In this document: positions 1 to 8,013 of the stretch, piece after piece
Layout of the letters: every line of letters starts with the position of its first letter
How positions within the stretch are numbered: position 1 is the stretch's first letter
Source of the DNA: Acidimicrobiales bacterium
Lineage (GTDB): Bacteria; Actinomycetota; Acidimicrobiia; Acidimicrobiales; JACDCH01
Assembly (NCBI GenBank): GCA_036275935.1
Contig: DASUCS010000387.1
Coordinates: 1 to 35,681 of the forward strand
Direction of reading: 5' to 3'
DNA length: 35,681 bases
The notes under the pieces: model-generated
Told to the model about the DNA's origin: nothing
Database searches by the model: none
The model's input: the letters and a program-made list of their open reading frames with translations, nothing else
Made by a program: the position numbers and the translations under genes

Positions 1-528
1 GTCGCCAACCCTCTGCAGCTGCACGTCACTCACCTTCCAGTCGGTGCCGCGTGAAACCAGCTGAGCCCGCGCCTTTACCGTCGATATGTGGTCATTCAAG
101 ACGGAACCGTCGGCAGCGACCTGAACGCGGTCGTCGACGAAGCAGTCGGAAACAACTGCGCCCGTCGAGCTGAGTTCGACGGCAACTGTTCGGTGGCCAT
201 ACTTGGCGCCGTCAGGTATTCGAGTAGTTCGTCCCTCGGAGGGCCTCGTCGTGAGGTCGTCCCGCACCGCGCTCAGAACGGGATCAACGGCCCGGGTGTT
301 GAGTGCAGCGTCGTCGGGATCGGGCGCCGTACCGAGCCGATCGAGAATCCTCCAATAGTCGAGATAGGCGGCCTTGACCGCCTCTTGCGGGCTGGTGGTC
401 GTGGTCGGGGCGAGGGTGGTCGCCGTGGTGGATGTCGTCGTGCTCGAGGCCGCAGAGCCGCTTCCTTCACCGGAGCACGCGGCGAGGAGCACCAGCCCGA
501 CCAGCGCGAATCGCCCGATTCCCCGCAT
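1..528 (-). CDS. Putative lipoprotein, N-terminal part only (gene continues past the left edge)
   Basis: Absent from the ORF track because it has no stop in the window. My reverse-strand translation from ATG (complement of 526-528) stays open to base 1: [62 protein letters not shown]... It has a signal peptide with lipobox L-A-A-C followed by a Ser/Thr-rich linker, and G/C-rich third codon positions. Confidence 0.7.
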   Translation of the reverse strand, partial: MRGIGRFALVGLVLLAACSGEGSGSAASSTTTSTTATTLAPTTTTSPQEAVKAAYLDYWRILDRLGTAPDPDDAALNTRAVDPVLSAVRDDLTTRPSEGRTTRIPDGAKYGHRTVAVELSSTGAVVSDCFVDDRVQVAADGSVLNDHISTVKARAQLVSRGTDWKVSDVQLQRVGD

Positions 529-577
529 TCCAGTGCCCACAGTTCGACGCGGGCGCGTACGAACCCTTTCGCGCACT

Positions 578-606
578 TTCAACAAATCTCGTCCACCTGG
601 TATCCT
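578..606 (+). promoter_or_regulatory. Candidate rpsO promoter (-35 TTCAAC, 17-bp spacer, -10 TATCCT)
   Basis: TTCAAC at 578-583 and TATCCT at 601-606 with exactly 17 bp between them, about 90 nt upstream of the rpsO ATG. Read by eye only. Confidence 0.3.
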
Positions 607-697
607 GTCTCGACGCCGATTCGGCGTTCCGCTGCCTGCCTCGCAACGCGGGTGTGGCGGCCGGGTCCAATACCCAAGCAAGAACCAGGATTCACGC

Positions 698-970
698 ATG
701 TCCGAGAAGATCGACCTGGCGAAGCCCGGCATCATCGCCGAGCACCGTCTGCACGACAGCGACACCGGGTCACCCGAGGTCCAGATCGCTCTGTTGACCG
801 AGCGCATCAACCACCTCACCGAGCATCTCAAGGTCCACAAGAAGGACCATCACAGCCGCCGCGGTCTGCTGATGCTCGTTGGCCGTCGCCGCCGCCTGCT
901 CGACTACGTCCGTTCGAACGACGTCGAGCGCTACCGGAGCATCATCGGCAAGCTCGGCTTGCGTCGCTAG
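698..970 (+). CDS. rpsO: 30S ribosomal protein S15
   Basis: Internal ATG of ORF 374..970 gives [71 protein letters not shown]..., a 90-aa full-length S15 signature. It sits immediately upstream of pnp, the conserved synteny. Confidence 0.97.
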   Translation: MSEKIDLAKPGIIAEHRLHDSDTGSPEVQIALLTERINHLTEHLKVHKKDHHSRRGLLMLVGRRRRLLDYVRSNDVERYRSIIGKLGLRR

Positions 971-1155
971 CAAACCGCGACACGCAAACCGCAACCAAAC
1001 ACAACACATCACTGATGCCGCTGCGGGGGCGGGTCAGCTGCCAGTTGCCCCGGCCTCAGGTGCGAACACGAGCACCGAGACCCCGACAACTGGGAACTGG
1101 CCCCGCCGCAGTGGCGCACACGGGACACAACGAATCGTCCCGAGAGGAGCCATAG

Positions 1156-3579
1156 ATGGCAGACGCCATTTCCGTATCTGGTCCCGTCACCGGGACCGAC
1201 AAGACGCTGTCCTTCGAGACCGGCAAGCTCGCATTCCAATCGCAGGGCTCGGTCGTCGCGAAGATCGGCGAAACCCTCGTGCTCGCCACCGCCAACGCGG
1301 CGACGGGCGTGCGTGAGGGCATCGACTTCTTCCCACTGACGGTCGACGTCGAAGAGCGCGCGTACGCCGCGGGCAAGATCCCCGGCTCGTTCTTCCGTCG
1401 TGAAGGCCGCCCGACCGACGCCGCCATCCTCAACTGCCGGCTCATCGACCGTCCGCTGCGCCCGTCGTTCCCTGACGGCTACCGCAACGAGACCCAGGTC
1501 GTGATCACCGTCATGGGTGCCGACATGCACAACCCGCAGGACGTGCTCGGCATCAATGCCGCCAGCGCGTCGCTCATGCTCAGCGGCATCCCGTTCGACG
1601 GCCCGATCGGCGCGGTGCGCATCGCGTACAGCCAAGAGGGCAAGTGGATCCCGCATCCCACGTACGACGAAGGCGACGACGCCACCTTCGAGCTCGTCGT
1701 CGCCGGCCGTGAGGTCGACGGCGACATCGCCATCATGATGGTCGAGGCCGGCGGCACCGAGAAGGCGTGGGACTACTACGAGGCGGGTGCGCCGAAGGTC
1801 ACCGAAGCGGTGATCGCGCAGGGCCTCGAAGAGTCGAAGACCTGGATCCGCGACAGCATCAACATGCAGCGCGAGCTCGTCCAGAAGGCCGGCGTGCACG
1901 AGCCGATCCCGTTCGACGAGCAGGTCGACTACACGCAAGACGTGTTCGACCGCGTCGCCGCCCTCGGGACCGATCGCATCGCGCAGGCGAGCACGATCAG
2001 CGCCAAGGCCGAGCGCAACGCCGCCACCGACGAGGCGATGGACTTCATCCTCGGGGAGCTGTGCGGCGAGGGCAAGGAGTTCGCCGGCAACGAGAAGCAG
2101 GTCAAGGCCGCCGGTCGCGCCCTGCAGAAGAAGCTCGTGCGCAAGCGCATCGTCGACGACGGTCTGCGCATCGACGGCCGCGGTCCCAAGGACATCCGTC
2201 CGCTCAGCGCCGAAGTCGGTGTGATCCCGACCGCGCACGGCTCGGGCCTGTTCCAGCGCGGTGAGACGCAGGTGCTCAACGTGTGCACCCTCGGCATGCC
2301 GAAGATGGATCAGCTGCTCGACACGCTCGCGCCGGAAGATCGCAAGCGCTACATGCACCACTACAACATGCCGCCGCACGCCAACGGCGAGGTCGGGCGA
2401 GTGGGGAGCCCGAAGCGTCGTGAAATCGGCCACGGTCTGCTGGCCGAGCGCGCGTTGCTGCCGGTCGTTCCGAGCAAGGAAGAGTTCCCGTACACGCTGC
2501 GCCTCGTGTCCGAGGTGCTGTCGTCGAACGGTTCGACGTCGATGGGATCGGTGTGCGCGTCGAGCCTGTCGCTGATGGACGCCGGCGTGCCGATCAAGGC
2601 TCCTGTCGCCGGCATCGCGATGGGCCTCGTGTACGCCGAAGGCAAGTACACGACCCTCACCGACATCCTCGGGGCGGAGGACGCCTTCGGTGACATGGAC
2701 TTCAAGGTCGCCGGCACCGCCGACTTCGTCACCGCGCTGCAGCTCGACACGAAGATCGATGGACTGCCCGCGGACGTGCTCGCGCAGGCGCTGCAGCAGG
2801 CCTACGAGGCCCGCATGCAGATCCTCGAAGTCATGAACAAGGCGATCGCCGAGCCTCGCGACGAGGTCGGCAGCACGGCGCCGAAGATCATCAGCTTCGA
2901 GATCCCGATCGACAAGATCGGTGAGGTCATCGGGCCCAAGGGCAAGGTCATCAACGCCATCCAGCAGGAGACCGGCGCGGACATCTCGGTCGACGACGAC
3001 GGCAGCGTCGGCACCGTCACGATCGGTTCGGTCGACGGTGGCGCGGTGGAAGAAGCCAAGCGCCAGATCCAGCTGATCCTCAACCCGCCGACCGCCGAAG
3101 TCGGTCAGGTGTACAGCGGCAAGGTCGTGAACATCACCAAGTTCGGCGCGTTCGTGAACATCCTCCCGGGCCGCGACGGTCTGCTCCACATCTCGAAGAT
3201 GGGCGGCGGCAAGCGCATCGACCGCGTCGAGGACGTGCTCGATCTCGGCGACGAGGTCGAGGTGCGCGTCGACGACGTCGATCCCAGCGGCAAGGTGTCG
3301 TTGACCCCGATCAACCCACTGGGCGGCGACGGCAGCAACGGCGGCAATGGTGACGGCGAGTCTCGGCCGCGGTCGAGCTCCGGTTCGACGTCGAGCGCGT
3401 CGGGTGTCGAGACCGTGTCGTTCGAGGACTCGTTCGACGCCGAGTTGCGTGAGGAGTTCGGTGATCTCGGTCCGGCCGAGGTCTCGTCGGGTGATCGTGG
3501 TGATCGCGGCGACCGCGGCTCTCGCGGTGGACGCGGCGGGCGTGACCGGGGGCGCGGCGGGCGAGATCGTCGCCGTTGA
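1156..3579 (+). CDS. pnp: Polyribonucleotide nucleotidyltransferase (PNPase/GPSI) with an extended low-complexity C-terminal tail
   Basis: 807-aa ORF preceded by GAGGAG. Two RNase PH-like halves, KH (IGEVIGPKGKVINAIQ) and S1 (VYSGKVVNITKFGAFVNILPGRDGLLHIS) regions are recognisable. Follows rpsO. Confidence 0.98.
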   Translation: MADAISVSGPVTGTDKTLSFETGKLAFQSQGSVVAKIGETLVLATANAATGVREGIDFFPLTVDVEERAYAAGKIPGSFFRREGRPTDAAILNCRLIDRPLRPSFPDGYRNETQVVITVMGADMHNPQDVLGINAASASLMLSGIPFDGPIGAVRIAYSQEGKWIPHPTYDEGDDATFELVVAGREVDGDIAIMMVEAGGTEKAWDYYEAGAPKVTEAVIAQGLEESKTWIRDSINMQRELVQKAGVHEPIPFDEQVDYTQDVFDRVAALGTDRIAQASTISAKAERNAATDEAMDFILGELCGEGKEFAGNEKQVKAAGRALQKKLVRKRIVDDGLRIDGRGPKDIRPLSAEVGVIPTAHGSGLFQRGETQVLNVCTLGMPKMDQLLDTLAPEDRKRYMHHYNMPPHANGEVGRVGSPKRREIGHGLLAERALLPVVPSKEEFPYTLRLVSEVLSSNGSTSMGSVCASSLSLMDAGVPIKAPVAGIAMGLVYAEGKYTTLTDILGAEDAFGDMDFKVAGTADFVTALQLDTKIDGLPADVLAQALQQAYEARMQILEVMNKAIAEPRDEVGSTAPKIISFEIPIDKIGEVIGPKGKVINAIQQETGADISVDDDGSVGTVTIGSVDGGAVEEAKRQIQLILNPPTAEVGQVYSGKVVNITKFGAFVNILPGRDGLLHISKMGGGKRIDRVEDVLDLGDEVEVRVDDVDPSGKVSLTPINPLGGDGSNGGNGDGESRPRSSSGSTSSASGVETVSFEDSFDAELREEFGDLGPAEVSSGDRGDRGDRGSRGGRGGRDRGRGGRDRRR

Positions 3580-4832
3580 CCGACACGCACGTACGTAGGA
3601 CGACGCTGCCGAACGGTATACGCGTCGTCACAGAGCGAATGCCCGAAGCCCGGTCGGTGACGACCGGGTTCTGGGTCGCAGTCGGAGGTCGTGACGAGCC
3701 CGCGGAGCTCGCGGGCGCGTCACACTTCCTCGAGCACCTCGTCTTCAAGGGGAGCGAGACCCGTGCGGCGCGCGAGATCGCGGAGTCCGTCGATGCGATC
3801 GGCGGCGAGATGAACGCGTTCACGTCGCGCGAGCACACGGCGTACTACACGCGCTTGCCGGCGGATGAGCTGTCGTTCGGACTCGAGCTGCTGTGCGACG
3901 TGCTCGCCGAACCTGCGTTGCGGCCCCACGAGATCGACGCCGAGCGCGAAGTGATCCTCGAAGAGCTGGCGATGTCGGAGGACACGCCGGACGACAAGGT
4001 GCACTCGCTGATGGCGGACGCGGTGTTCCCTGACCATCCGCTCGGACGCGAGGTGCTCGGCGACGAGAACACGGTCGCTGCGCTGTCGCGTGACGAGATC
4101 CAGATGTTCTTCAAGGAGCACTACCGCCCGGCGAACGTCGTGATCGCCGCTGCGGGGCGGCTCGAACACGACGATGTCGTGGACGGCGTGAGCTCGTTCC
4201 TCGACTCGGTCGACTTCGGTGTCGCGCCCGAGCGTGCGAAACCCGATTCCGCACCGAAACCGCTCGCCTACGAGCAGCGCCCGACGGAACAGGCGCATCT
4301 CACGCTCGGATGGCGGGCCATCGACCAGCGCGATCCCGATCGGTTCGCGCTTGCGGTTGCCAACCAGAGCTTTGGCGGCGGACTGTCGAGCCGGCTGTTC
4401 CAGGAGATCCGTGAGGAACGCGGCCTTGCCTACGCCGTGTACTCCGCCGCGTCGCTCTACACCGACAGCGGCCTCTTCATGATCTACGCCGGTACGGCAC
4501 CTTCGAAGGTCGACGAAGTGCTCGACTTGATCGACGCCGAGGTCGCGAAGATCGTGGCGAACGGGATCACGGAGCGCGAGCTACGAGTCGCGACCGGCTA
4601 CCTCGTCGGCGCGTTGAACCTCAATCTCGAGGACAGCGGGAGCCGCATGGGCCGTCTGGCGCGTGGCGAGCTCGCCGCGGGGGAACCGCTCACCGTCGAC
4701 GAACAGGTCGAACGCATCCGTGCCGTCACGCTCGATGATGCGCACCGAGTCCTGCAGCGGATCTTGACGGGTCCTCGCGCGCTTGCGGCGGTCGGGCCGA
4801 TGGAGGAGAGCGCCTTTCGCTCGCGCGCGTAG
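3576..4832 (+). CDS. M16 family zinc metallopeptidase (pitrilysin/PepR-like)
   Basis: HxxEH zinc motif (SHFLEHLVFKG) near the N-terminus, 418 aa. The TTG start overlaps the pnp stop (TTGA). Its position after pnp matches the actinobacterial gpsI-pepR synteny. Confidence 0.9.
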   Translation: MTDTHVRRTTLPNGIRVVTERMPEARSVTTGFWVAVGGRDEPAELAGASHFLEHLVFKGSETRAAREIAESVDAIGGEMNAFTSREHTAYYTRLPADELSFGLELLCDVLAEPALRPHEIDAEREVILEELAMSEDTPDDKVHSLMADAVFPDHPLGREVLGDENTVAALSRDEIQMFFKEHYRPANVVIAAAGRLEHDDVVDGVSSFLDSVDFGVAPERAKPDSAPKPLAYEQRPTEQAHLTLGWRAIDQRDPDRFALAVANQSFGGGLSSRLFQEIREERGLAYAVYSAASLYTDSGLFMIYAGTAPSKVDEVLDLIDAEVAKIVANGITERELRVATGYLVGALNLNLEDSGSRMGRLARGELAAGEPLTVDEQVERIRAVTLDDAHRVLQRILTGPRALAAVGPMEESAFRSRA

Positions 4833-4915
4833 CTGGCGGCGGATGTTGTCTGGCAAGCGTTCGCCTCAGGCGCGCCGTCGCTGGCGGTCCGGCCAGCGCA
4901 CTGTGCCAATGGAGA

Positions 4916-4930
4916 CTCGCCGAGGGCGAG
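4916..4930. terminator. Small GC hairpin between convergent genes (CTCGCC-GAG-GGCGAG)
   Basis: Perfect 6-bp stem with a 3-nt loop in the 101-bp gap between the M16 peptidase (+) and the 4934..5641 gene (-). No U-tract. Confidence 0.3.
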
Positions 4931-4933
4931 CCT

Positions 4934-5641
4934 CTAGCGCTCGTAGGTGACCGCGTCGCCGATCTGCGTCGACGGATCGGCCGGCTGCTGCCCACGCTCG
5001 ATCACCAGCGCATCACCGATCTGCACGTCGTCGGGACCCGACGGATGCGTGTGCGTTTCCGGTGCGGCCGGCTCGGTGGTCGCCGGTGCCTCGGGGGTGG
5101 TGTCGACCGGAGCCACGGGCTCGGTGGTGGTCGGCGCGGCGACGACGGTCGACGTCGTGGTGGGCTCCGCTACGTCCGCGGCCGTGGCCGTGACGACTGC
5201 GGCGGGCCTCACGGTCGCGGGCGATGGTGCCGCGGCGACCTTGGTCGCTCCGAACAGCGCCAGTCCACCGACGGTCAATGACGCGGCGGCGGCGACGAAC
5301 GCGTGACGGCGGCGCAACCGGCGGCCGACTTCGGCTGCGGTCGCGGGGCTGACGCCGAGCAGCCGCTCGAGATCCATCTCGAGGTCCGCGTCGTTCAGGT
5401 CGAGCACCTGGGCCAGCACGACGACGTCGTCGTGACGGATCTCGATGCCCGAGCCGATGGGTGTGCCGCGCACCTGGCCGACGAGCGAGAGGTAGCTGCG
5501 AAGCACCGCCTCGTTCCCGAGCGCGGGATGGCTGACGACGGTCGAGTGCTCACCGATCGTCAATCGCATGGTCTCCGGGTCGAACTCGACCGGCTGGCGT
5601 GTGTCGTTGTCGTGCATCGCGTCCCTAGCTACGTCGCCCAC
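4934..5641 (-). CDS. Hypothetical single-pass membrane protein with a Pro/Thr/Ala-rich extracytoplasmic region
   Basis: About 110-aa N-terminal soluble part, basic stop-transfer (RRLRRRH), one TM helix (AFVAAAASLTVGGLALFGA), a PT-rich linker, then a duplicated C-terminal motif (VQIGDALVIER / TQIGDAVTYER). A GTG start at 5641 has no SD. The ATG at 5617 (MHDNDT...) has AGGGA upstream and may be the true start. Confidence 0.6.
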   Translation of the reverse strand: MGDVARDAMHDNDTRQPVEFDPETMRLTIGEHSTVVSHPALGNEAVLRSYLSLVGQVRGTPIGSGIEIRHDDVVVLAQVLDLNDADLEMDLERLLGVSPATAAEVGRRLRRRHAFVAAAASLTVGGLALFGATKVAAAPSPATVRPAAVVTATAADVAEPTTTSTVVAAPTTTEPVAPVDTTPEAPATTEPAAPETHTHPSGPDDVQIGDALVIERGQQPADPSTQIGDAVTYER

Positions 5642-5700
5642 TGGGAAACTGTCGGCAAAGTGCCCAAAGATCTTGAGGTGCTGGCCTACGTTGGCGGGCG

Positions 5701-6465
5701 ATGAGCATTCGAGTTGGCGTGTTCGGGGCCGGGGGGCGGATGGGGACCACCGTGTGCGAGGCGGTGACCGACGAGCCCGGCCTCGAGCTGGTGGCGGGAA
5801 TCGACCCTGGTCACGAGGGCGAGACGGTCGAAGGAGTGACGATCGTGGGCGATCCGTCGAAGCTCGACGCCGCCGTCGACGTCGTCGTCGACTTCACCCA
5901 GATCTCCGCCGCCCGGGAGAACGCCCGCTGGGCAGCGGAGCAGGGCGTGCACGCGGTGATGGGGACGTCCGGCTTCAACGCCGAGGACGTCGACCAGCTG
6001 CGCGCCTTGTTCACCCGGAGCAACTGCGTGATTGCCCCGAACTTCGCAATTGGTGCAGTGCTCATGGTCGTGCTCGCCGAACGCGCCGCGCCCTACTTCG
6101 ACACCGCCGACATCATCGAGCTCCACCACGACGGCAAGCGCGACGCGCCCTCCGGAACTGCGATGCACACCGCCGACCGGATGGCGGCCGCCTCGCCGAA
6201 ATGGGCTCCCGACCCGACGCAGGACATGGTGCTCGAAGGCGCTCGCGGGAGCACCGGGCCCGCCGGCATCCACATCCACTCGCTGCGTGTGCGCGGGATG
6301 GTGGCGTCCCAAGAGGTCATCCTCGGCACGACTGGCCAGTCACTGGTGATCCGCCACGACAGCTACGACCGGTCCAGCTTCATGCCGGGCGTGATGCTCG
6401 CCGTCAAGGCCGTCGCCGACCACCCCGGCGTCACCGTCGGACTGGATCAGCTGCTCAATCTGTGA
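5701..6465 (+). CDS. dapB: 4-hydroxy-tetrahydrodipicolinate reductase
   Basis: N-terminal Rossmann motif VGVFGAGGRMG, the catalytic-region motif ELHHDGKRDAPSGTA, 254 aa. Conserved neighbourhood with pnp/pepR. Confidence 0.95.
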   Translation: MSIRVGVFGAGGRMGTTVCEAVTDEPGLELVAGIDPGHEGETVEGVTIVGDPSKLDAAVDVVVDFTQISAARENARWAAEQGVHAVMGTSGFNAEDVDQLRALFTRSNCVIAPNFAIGAVLMVVLAERAAPYFDTADIIELHHDGKRDAPSGTAMHTADRMAAASPKWAPDPTQDMVLEGARGSTGPAGIHIHSLRVRGMVASQEVILGTTGQSLVIRHDSYDRSSFMPGVMLAVKAVADHPGVTVGLDQLLNL

Positions 6466-6466
6466 A

Positions 6467-6509
6467 CTCGACGAAATAGGCATCGCCAAGCGATGCCTAT
6501 TTCGTCGAG
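6467..6509. terminator. Perfect 19-bp inverted repeat (bidirectional terminator candidate)
   Basis: CTCGACGAAATAGGCATCG (6467-6485), loop CCAAG, CGATGCCTATTTCGTCGAG (6491-6509). It begins 2 nt after the dapB stop, and its right arm contains the stop and last codons of the convergent SDR gene. Confidence 0.6.
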
Positions 6510-7246
6510 TTTCGGAAAACCATCGTCGCTCGCGCTTGGTCGCGGGGACGCACGACGATCTGGTCGATGTCGACGTGACTTGGTCGCGTCGCCACCCACG
6601 CGATGCAGTCGGCGATGTCGTCTGCGGTGAGCGGCGTCATTCCTTCGTAGACCTTGGCCGCAGCGTCCTCGTCGCCCCCGAAGCGCACGATCGAGAACTC
6701 CGTCTCCACCATCCCGGGGTCGATCTCGCTGACCCGCACGGGCTGACCGAGCAGCTCCATGCGCAGCACGTCCATCACGGCGCGCACTGCGTGCTTCGCC
6801 GCGTTGTAGCCCGCGCCGCCCGGATAGGGCTCGATCCCCGCGATCGAACCGATCGTTATGACGTGACCGTCTCCCGACGCGACCAACTTCGGCAACAGCG
6901 CCTTCGTGACTCGAAGAACGCCGAGGACGTTGGCCTCGTACATCCACGTCCACTGATCTTCATTCGCCTCGGCGACGGAGTCGCGTCCGAGCGCTCCGCC
7001 GGCGTTGTTGACCAGCAACCGGCAGTCCTCGATCGCCGTACAGAACGCGTCGACCGACGCGGCATCGGTGACGTCGAGCTCGAGCGCCCTTGCTGCAGGG
7101 CCGATCGAGGACGCCACCTCCTGTAACCGACCGACGCGACGCGCGCCGAGCACGACGTCGAATCCCTCGGACGCGAGCCGACGTGCCGCGGCCGCGCCGA
7201 TGCCACTCGACGCGCCCGTGACTACCGCAACGCCGCGATCACTCAT
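6497..7246 (-). CDS. SDR family NAD(P)-dependent oxidoreductase
   Basis: Internal ATG (complement of 7244-7246) of ORF 6497..7408 gives MSDRGVAVVTGASSGIGAAAARRL... with the TGxxxGIG cofactor motif, NNAG, and the catalytic YNAAK. It overlaps the upstream gene by 8 nt. Confidence 0.9.
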   Translation of the reverse strand: MSDRGVAVVTGASSGIGAAAARRLASEGFDVVLGARRVGRLQEVASSIGPAARALELDVTDAASVDAFCTAIEDCRLLVNNAGGALGRDSVAEANEDQWTWMYEANVLGVLRVTKALLPKLVASGDGHVITIGSIAGIEPYPGGAGYNAAKHAVRAVMDVLRMELLGQPVRVSEIDPGMVETEFSIVRFGGDEDAAAKVYEGMTPLTADDIADCIAWVATRPSHVDIDQIVVRPRDQARATMVFRNSTK

Positions 7247-7991
7247 CGGGTTCGGCCTCTTCGGACTCGAGCTCGTCCTCGAGATGGCGCAGCCCCGAGA
7301 TCTCGGACTCGCCCTGCCGACGCTCGTTCCACACCGTGAAGGCCACGAGGCCGACGGAGAGCACCAACAACGGCACGCGGTAGTCCTGGATGAACCCGAG
7401 GACGGCATCGATCGGCTTGTCGAAGATGTTGCCGAGCACCTGGATGATCCACAGGCGGAAGATCGTGCCGCTGACGTTCAACGCCACGAACACAGGGATG
7501 GACATGCCCGCCGCCCCGGCGAACAGACAGATGTAATTGTTCGGAGCGAGGAACACGAGCGGGTACGCGGCGACACCGAACCACCGCTCCGCGCTGCGCA
7601 TGAAGCGGCCGTAGGTCGGTGCCTGACGTTCCATCCATTTCGTCGCGGTGTCGCCGTAGTAGTAGCCGAGTATGTAGAAGAGCGGGTCCGACAGCAGGAG
7701 GCGGAACGTCCCCACGAGGTAGTAGGGCACGGCATCGACCTGGTTCACGACCAGAACCAGGTTGCGATTGCGGGCGTTGAGCGCGATCAGCCACAGCGGA
7801 TGCTGATCCACGAGTGTCGGCGCCAGTGCGTCGCCGACCATGCCGCCGACGACGAGGACGATGATGGCGCCGATGATGAGGGACAGCGTCCGCCGACTGA
7901 GCCGCCGCGGAGAAGAGGTCGCCGACGCGTCGTCCTGGTCGTCGCCCACCGAGTCCAAGGTGGGCATTCTTGCATTACCGTCGCGGCTCAC
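7239..7991 (-). CDS. Integral membrane protein, VTT/DedA-like (tentative)
   Basis: Multi-TM protein with LLLSDPLFYILGYYYGD and LAPNNYICLFAGAAGM segments resembling the SNARE-associated/DedA (PF09335) core, plus an acidic C-terminal tail. The start could be 7967 (MPTLDS...). Family call is by eye only. Confidence 0.5.
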   Translation of the reverse strand: MSRDGNARMPTLDSVGDDQDDASATSSPRRLSRRTLSLIIGAIIVLVVGGMVGDALAPTLVDQHPLWLIALNARNRNLVLVVNQVDAVPYYLVGTFRLLLSDPLFYILGYYYGDTATKWMERQAPTYGRFMRSAERWFGVAAYPLVFLAPNNYICLFAGAAGMSIPVFVALNVSGTIFRLWIIQVLGNIFDKPIDAVLGFIQDYRVPLLVLSVGLVAFTVWNERRQGESEISGLRHLEDELESEEAEPDE

Positions 7992-8013
7992 TACGCGTCA
8001 CTGAACAAGGGGG

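Noticed and set aside
88-3189. Long ORFs 88..1155 (+, 355 aa) and 1009..3189 (-, 726 aa)
   Set aside because: Both give Arg/Ala/Pro/Gly-rich nonsense translations. They overlap rpsO, the lipoprotein gene and the unmistakable pnp frame, and are typical antisense or off-frame open frames of high-G+C DNA.
3487-3576. Short tandem nucleotide repeats (GGTGATCGY / CGCGGYGG) that could be mistaken for a micro-satellite or CRISPR-like repeat
   Set aside because: They are in frame within pnp and encode the GDRGDRGDR...RGGRGG tail. There is no spacer structure, and they are reported as a protein feature instead.
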